This document shows, piece by piece, positions 52,501 through 64,000 of a stretch of 64,000 nt of DNA. Each line of letters starts with the position of its first letter. The first letter of the stretch is position 1. The notes beneath the pieces are model-generated. The model made no database searches. It saw only the letters and a list, made by a program, of their open reading frames with translations, and was not told the origin of the DNA. This DNA is from Tubiluchus corallicola (lineage: Eukaryota; Animalia; Priapulida), in contig JAQGDQ010000844.1 of NCBI GenBank assembly GCA_030141605.1, positions 1 to 64,000 on the forward strand. The letters are read 5' to 3'. Made by a program: the position numbers and the translations under genes.

Positions 52501-54307
52501 CATAGCCTTCAAACTGTTCTTAAACTGACTTCAAGTGAGCAGCGGAGATGCAGCCTTCCATGTAATTTATCAGAGCAAAAGCAAATAACTGATGGTTGTC
52601 TGGGGCACTTGTATACCTTATACAAGTCAGCTGTTTTTCTTTTCTGTTTGAGTGAACATAATTCTGGATGCAAATTAACTGTATATAATATAACGTAGAT
52701 CCATCTTGAAATTTTTACATTTGATGTCAGACTGCAGTAATGGTGAACATTCTAAGCTAGAATAGCTTAATAATGATCACACGATAAGCTTTACAGAAAT
52801 TACACCAGCTTAGGATCACGGTTAACAAAGCACCTTTTGCTCTATTCTGTCATCTGATGTACATTCATGCATAATGTTCTTAATTTATATGTTAGGTAGA
52901 GATACACATATAGAATGGAGGCAAAATTCTGCCCAAAATGTTGCAGGCAGAAATTAAACTATATTAGACTGAAGATTCTGGTTCATCTTTTATTGTTCAA
53001 TTCGTCTTTCGGCTTTTAATTTCACAAATGTTAACACAAAAAAAACTACGAACAAAAACCGATGAAATTTTAGACTGGTGCAGTAAATGGTTGATGACGC
53101 TTAAACACAGTAAATGTGCTTTATTTAGAATACGTCCTAAATCTATTACACATTACTTTCTAAATAATGCTTAAATAACTGAAAAAAGTTGTATCAGAGA
53201 CTTGGGAGTAATGATTTCTAATGACTTCAAATGGAATTCCCATGTGAATCATATCATTACTAAAACAAACTGTTGTGTTGATATGATTAAGCAGTGTGTG
53301 ATATCGAGAAATGCAGCAGTAATTATTCCTCTCTATAAAGCTGTTGTTCGACCCTTTCTGGAATATGCGTTGATTGTATGGTCACCCCAGTATGCTACTC
53401 TCAAGAATGTTCTTGAAAGAACTCAAGATAGATGTACTCGTCTTGCTATTGATTTGAATCCCGCTTCAATTTCTGCTCTAGAGCAAAGGCGTGAGACTGT
53501 AGACTTTGTGAACTGCTGCAAAATAATTAGTGGAAACACTATCTGACTGAGGCAGCCTTTTTTCCAGGCCTCACAGAGTTCTTCGTGGTCATGAGTCTAA
53601 GTTATTTGTGCAACCAGCTAGAACCAACATCAGATCATATTTTTTGGGCATCGTACTGTTCAACCGTCGAATCATCTTTCATCATCAACCATCAGTGCTT
53701 CATCAGTTGACAGTTTCATATGAAAGAGGACCGTTTATAGATAGATACCATCTAGGTCCCTATTTCTTTGGATAAGGTATTCTTGGACAAGATATCGTTT
53801 ACTTGCCTCAATAGCAAAGCAAACATAATAGTATTAGTAATAAGTGGTGTAACGGCCAAGAGAGATAGGGTGATCAAAAGACCAAAATGTTATCTAGTCT
53901 GCCACCCCTCTACTGAAATGTTAAGAAAGTAAATTTGTACTGTGAGCTATTTGAAATAATGCTGTTTCTCTTGTAGTTGTACATAAAAGTGTTTCAGAAA
54001 GCTTCAGTTCCGAAACATTATCTGTTAATCTGAAACGTTCCATGTTCCACGTAAGGCATGACCTCGATTCCTCATCACTAATTCCCAATCACTTGCAAGT
54101 AATTTAGAACTAAGCTCCTTGGGTTCTTAATAGGCCCAAGTTAATCGCTGAAGTTGCATCTACAGGTGAAAACATTCCAAAATAGTAATAATACGAAACA
54201 AATGAATCAACTTATCTGTAAAGCATAAGTAATAATGAATAACTCACCAAAGTTTGCTCAAAACCAAGTTGCTGTTTATCATCACTTTTCTCACTGGTCG
54301 CCGCCAT
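7582..54307 (-). CDS. CLCN2: ClC-2/ClC-a-type voltage-gated chloride channel, 24 coding exons, about 893 aa
   Basis: Exons (high-low): 54307-54248, 35363-35225, 34272-34141, 32242-32114, 28978-28845, 28099-28022, 26772-26694, 24310-24185, 23608-23524, 23369-23268, 22766-22682, 22287-22138, 21176-21107, 21011-20901, 18511-18414, 17449-17334, 16095-15959, 15535-15369, 13774-13718, 12874-12722, 12024-11983, 9895-9791, 8355-8269, 7821-7582. All are GT-AG and phase-compatible, totalling 2682 nt. Motifs: EQTL-MYGHY N-terminus, [20 protein letters not shown] (Val at the internal-glutamate site, channel subtype), GVFIP, FELTGQ, PSFYDS, and two CBS domains (SFPLVD...LLGSI; [25 protein letters not shown]). 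Confidence 0.95.
8574..8958. mobile_element. MITE with perfect 18-bp TIRs
   Basis: TAATAAGCCTTTTCACAG ... CTGTGAAAAGGCTTATTA, with an internal hairpin at about 8590-8692. Confidence 0.7.
9060..9563. mobile_element. Tc1/mariner-type MITE
   Basis: TIR CTCTCATATCTCAGTTTGTCGGAC versus the reverse complement of GTCCGGCAAATCGAGATATGAGTG, with TA flanks. Confidence 0.75.
10178..10842. mobile_element. MITE with about 30-bp imperfect TIRs
   Basis: TGCTTGCATAGCAAAATCGTCCATAAGT versus the reverse complement of ACTTATGGACGGTTTTGGTTTGCAAGCA. TA-rich flanks; ends approximate. Confidence 0.7.
10998..11861. mobile_element. Tigger/pogo-like MITE containing a 113-bp tandem duplication (about 11385-11610)
   Basis: TIR CAGTCAAACCTCATTATA / TATAACGAGATTCGACTG with TA flanks. 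Confidence 0.75.
12180..12350 (+). mobile_element. Degenerate SINE with tRNA-like A box and a 5S rRNA-like segment
   Basis: tggcctagtag (A-box-like) followed by ggctggtcagtgactggatgagtgacc, resembling the 5S internal control region GCCTGGTTAGTACTTGGATGGGAGACC. Confidence 0.45.
14401..14990. mobile_element. Tigger-like MITE carrying an internal ~33-bp tandem array (about 14443-14770)
   Basis: TIR CAGATAGTCGTCGACTTACGACC / GGTCGTAAGAGTAGACGACTACATG with TA flanks. About 10 units of tcatgaaacaattggacacaagtcggacctaaacgg. Confidence 0.8.
16406..16814. mobile_element. hAT-like MITE
   Basis: CAAGGGCGTATCAA / TTAATACGCCCCTG with degenerate 8-bp TSD (tacacaga / tacattga). Confidence 0.55.
19059..20878. 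repeat. 49-51-bp minisatellite, about 36 copies, two monomer types
   Basis: Unit tgtacaagttcataaccaagctattccactgctgcacattccgcacacatg. Fills most of the ClC-2 intron 18512-20900. Confidence 0.95.
21730..21800. repeat. 21-bp tandem repeat, 3-4 copies
   Basis: gaagccagatgctggagactg-like units. Confidence 0.6.
24700..25575. repeat. Compound minisatellite: 27-bp units (about 24700-25030) then 51-bp units (about 25030-25575) sharing an aaaggtgagttttttac core
   Basis: Units aaaggtgagttttttacgctcaaggta and aaaggtgagttttttacacgcttcgtgagaacacaaaccagaattcagcta. Confidence 0.92.
26810..27210 (-). mobile_element. 3' end of a retroelement with AATAAA and (TA)n tail, copy 1
   Basis: Closely matches the reverse complement of 39935-40320 over about 300 bp. 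Confidence 0.75.
30599..31007 (+). mobile_element. Short non-autonomous RTE-type retroelement with 13-bp TSD
   Basis: TSD ACTTGTACACACT at 30586-30598 and 31008-31020. GC-rich body, 3' end cgagacagaaggatgcc followed by (CAA)n, and an ORF-end remnant HSHSRRC. Confidence 0.75.
32272..33628. repeat. 75-bp minisatellite, about 18 copies
   Basis: Unit actctgtaccagaaaaggtagtaatctgtataagtacagttaaaggaaaacaatacaagattttagaccataact, with occasional 76-bp variants. Confidence 0.95.
34417..34909. mobile_element. Tigger/pogo-like MITE
   Basis: TIR CAGTAAGCTCTGCTTAACTCAAATT / AATTTGAGTTATGCGGAGTTTACTG with TA flanks and repeated subterminal gcctaactcaaa motifs. Confidence 0.82.
36364..36509. repeat. Foldback element: perfect 28-bp inverted repeat with central palindrome
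   Basis: CACCAAATGGAACTCAGTCTGTCATGAA (36364-36391) is the exact reverse complement of 36482-36509. Central cagtggta-a-taccactg. Confidence 0.85.
36553..36918. mobile_element. hAT-like MITE
   Basis: TAGAGGTGAGCAT / ATGCCCACCCCTA, degenerate 8-bp TSD (attggtat / acaggtat), subterminal ttcga repeats. Confidence 0.65.
37400..38490 (+). mobile_element. Degenerate LINE (CR1/L2-group-like) 3' fragment
   Basis: C-terminal zinc-knuckle-like [21 protein letters not shown] in ORF 37983-38246, followed by an AT-rich 3' UTR with AATAAA. 5' limit approximate. Confidence 0.6.
39935..40320 (+). mobile_element. 3' end of a retroelement with AATAAA and (TA)n tail, copy 2
   Basis: Residual ORF end (...[36 protein letters not shown]), then a 3' UTR, gaataaaa and (TA)n. 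Confidence 0.75.
41821..42294 (-). CDS. CLCN2: Alternative N-terminal coding exon of the ClC-2 gene (158 aa)
   Basis: 474-nt ATG-initiated open frame (MEGNESAPH...[10 protein letters not shown]) ending at a perfect phase-0 donor TTG|gtaagt. It joins in frame to the shared MYGHY exon and ends in TL like exon 1a. A candidate acceptor lies upstream at 42456. Confidence 0.78.
44748..45296. mobile_element. Kolobok-like MITE with TTAA TSD
   Basis: TTAA|AGGAAAACCGGATGATTGTGTAAAC ... GTTTAAACAATCGTCCGGTCTTGCT|TTAA. Confidence 0.72.
45990..46415 (+). mobile_element. Dispersed DNA-element family, copy A (internally deleted)
   Basis: Matches the reverse complement of 50670-51300 and the direct copy at 61250-61700; ends in gggtccggttctgct|ttaa. 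Confidence 0.65.
47253..47392. repeat. Tandem duplication of about 66 bp
   Basis: atatcacaaacaatagctaggtaa.catagaaggtacagcacaaaaa.agttgcacaaaagcacaga occurs twice. Confidence 0.85.
48587..48870. repeat. GC-rich short-period tandem repeat (11-14-bp monomers, ctcaaccggga / ctcaacctcggggt)
   Basis: Directly visible; a GC-rich island in an AT-rich background. Confidence 0.88.
50670..51360 (-). mobile_element. Dispersed DNA-element family, copy B
   Basis: ORF-track translations 50995-51366 (+) and 61249-61563 (-) are near-duplicates ([11 protein letters not shown]...). Left end ttaa|agcaaaactggaccc. Confidence 0.75.
53050..53730 (+). mobile_element. Degenerate CR1-like LINE reverse transcriptase C-terminal fragment
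   Basis: [19 protein letters not shown]...[19 protein letters not shown]...LERTQDR, with frame disruptions on both sides. Confidence 0.8.
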
Positions 54308-54420
54308 CTCTGCCCCGCGGAAGGAAAGGCGGAAACACAGATAGTTCTGCTGACTTCCGCTTAGTGAAATTTCGGTGTAACAGATTTTCCTACTTCTTAA
54401 AATAAACAAAACTTGTTAGC
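54301..54420. promoter_or_regulatory. Compact bidirectional promoter between ClC-2 and the aldolase-like gene
   Basis: Divergent ATGs at 54307 (-) and 54421 (+). Locally GC/CpG-rich, with ETS-like cores (gcggaagg, gcggaaac, acttccgc) and a YY1-like ccgccatct overlapping the ClC-2 ATG. Confidence 0.7.
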
Positions 54421-61938
<7,518 letters not shown>

Positions 61939-62042
61939 GTAAGTTACAGAGTTTGGTGAGCACCGCCAAAAAAATTTGTTTTGGTGCTAAATTTTTTAGG
62001 AGCAGAAGTTCAAGTTTATAAGGAAAATTTGGCATCATGTCC

Positions 62043-62653
62043 TTGTGATGTTAAATGATACAGAATCATGAGAAAATTTTTCCACTATCATCGTACCTAT
62101 AAAATTGTGTATCGCAGTCGTATTCATAGTGCCGTATTCGACAGTTTGCAAGAAATCTTCGCCAACATGTTTAAAAAACAAAAGTGCACCCGAAGTTTCG
62201 AAGGTTGCACACGATAGCATCTGTACAAAAGCCAGTTTGTTGCACGCATTTTTACGAAATTGTTATTATTTATGGTGAAATTCTTCGGGTTTTTTTTGTT
62301 CTGGTTCAGATAACATTAGATGATTAATTTTTTGTGAAGCTCAGAGCAAGAATTTGTTTCCAAAAAGTTTTATACAATTGAATAAAATATTATTTACGTG
62401 CCGCTCGTATTGTTATTAATGTTTGTCAATTATTGTTATACTAAGTTTATTGGTAATAGTATAATTATAATGTTATAATAGTATATAAACGAACTTAGCT
62501 GAAAAATAATTTTGTCATTTTAAAAAGTGTATCGAATCTTATCGTCCTGCTGACATTTTCTTGTATCGAAATCGAAGCGAAATAAAACTGTGTCGTGTCG
62601 TGTTGTGTGGAATCGAAATCATATCGATCAAATTGTATCGATTTACATCACTA
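62043..62653. mobile_element. hAT-like MITE
   Basis: TTGTGATGTTAAATGATAC / GTATCGATTTACATCACTA, degenerate TSD tcatgtcc / tcttgtgc, subterminal atcga repeats. Confidence 0.6.
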
Positions 62654-63763
62654 TCTTGTGCTGTTAGTCATGAACGAAATGTTTCATTGATGCCACATAT
62701 TCAGAAGAATGATTTGCAACAAGGGTTGCAATAATGATGCTAATAAAATGTTTATATTTTATGGTGGATAACTGGGCGATGGTTACTGAGTGACTATAAG
62801 TTTTGATCAAATATTTATGAGAGTTTGTACAGTTGAAATTTACATTTACAATTCACAAATTTACGTTGCATTTTTGTGACATGTAAACTTTATAATCTAT
62901 AAACAGCTCGGTATTGTTAACCTGAGCCCTTACATGCAAATTCGTTATTAAAACTCGTCAGGGCCATTTTGTTCTTGATTCCCAAATTTGTGAGTTCTCA
63001 AAAAGTGAGCTAGTTATGATAATTTCTGTATTGCTTAGGTTTAATATCTACTCAATTTAAATATTTGATACGGGCACTTCAGGCAGTAGAGCAGCTTTTT
63101 TCGTCTTCGAAATTCTGATTAAACATAAATAGTTTTTTTGTTTTATAAAAGTTACTTATAAGGTGCATTCGGAATTCGTCAGTGGATTCCAAAGAGGCCC
63201 TAGAAAATAAATAATTTGAAATAATAATTATGCATCCCAAGCAATGCACAAAAACTACAAAAATGTAGTTTTGCACAGGACTACATTACATTACACTTTG
63301 TTTTAGCATTCAGTACATGTGAAACCTATTTTGGATGCATAATTGTTGTCATTTCAAATTATTTCTCTCTTACTGTCTCTCTAGTCTTCACTTACAAGAA
63401 TAGGATAAAAATGTCAACTGTAAGAAACTGCTTAGCAAAAATCTCACTATTTTCTCAATCCTTCATGTCGTATATTTAATAGACTTGCTCATAACTCACG
63501 TGCATGAACTCTCAGCATGCTTGGCAAACAACTTTCTCTTCACATACGTCACCAGCTGCTTCTAAAAATAGAGTCTCACAGTGAAAGTTACATTTGCAGA
63601 GATAAAAAATTAACACGTTGTATCGTTATCAGTCTGCAAGTGCTGAATTCTCATGCCAAGTTTTATCTAGGCCAGGGGTTTTTTATCCGAACTTCTGTGG
63701 TATGCCTATAATTATAAGCTATATGTTAACTTACTGATTATTTAAAGAAGAAAGCAGGATTTT

Positions 63764-64000
63764 AAAGTACATATCCAAAAAAACACGCCTTACAAAGTTA
63801 TATTAGTTTAGCATTACACTTACCTGTTTTGAAGACTTGTGTCATTGGAAAAGAAAATACGTGTAATTTAGAATGTGTGCGCGACCTGTAACATGGTACT
63901 GCATCACCATCCCAGTATTCATCACTGATTCACCAAAAAAACACATTATTGATCTTATTGACAAAAGAAAGTAATTAATGCTCCTGGTTAGTTAGTGAAG
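63764..64000 (+). mobile_element. Third copy of the 2308-3495 element family, running off the window
   Basis: ttacaaagttatattagtttagcattacacttacctgtttt...gcatcaccatcccagt matches the reverse complement of 3340-3480. Confidence 0.65.

Overview
AT-rich, intron-rich animal (invertebrate-like) genomic DNA, not prokaryotic. Three spliced genes were reconstructed by hand from GT-AG boundaries and reading frame. (1) Ribosomal protein RPL31 on the minus strand, with a TOP/TCT-type non-coding first exon near 5726-5755; its last exon probably lies left of the window. (2) A complete ClC-2/ClC-a-type chloride channel on the minus strand (24 coding exons, about 893 aa, 7582-54307) with an alternative 158-aa N-terminal exon. 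(3) A fold-type III PLP enzyme of the D-threonine aldolase/3-hydroxy-D-aspartate aldolase family on the plus strand, head-to-head with ClC-2 (113 nt between start codons), with 9 exons in the window and its 3' end beyond it. Introns contain many MITEs (Tigger/pogo-, hAT- and Kolobok-like), LINE and SINE remnants, and several minisatellites. The most notable observations are: the bacterial-type D-amino acid aldolase with a probable U12 intron and a mitochondrial-like leader; an inverted LINE-tail pair bracketing ClC-2 exons 2-6 (candidate in-frame 612-nt circRNA); a MAPK-docking alternative ClC-2 N-terminus; a long hairpin beside an RPL31 splice donor; and a nested MITE with a 6-bp TSD. All coordinates were hand-counted and no database searches were run.
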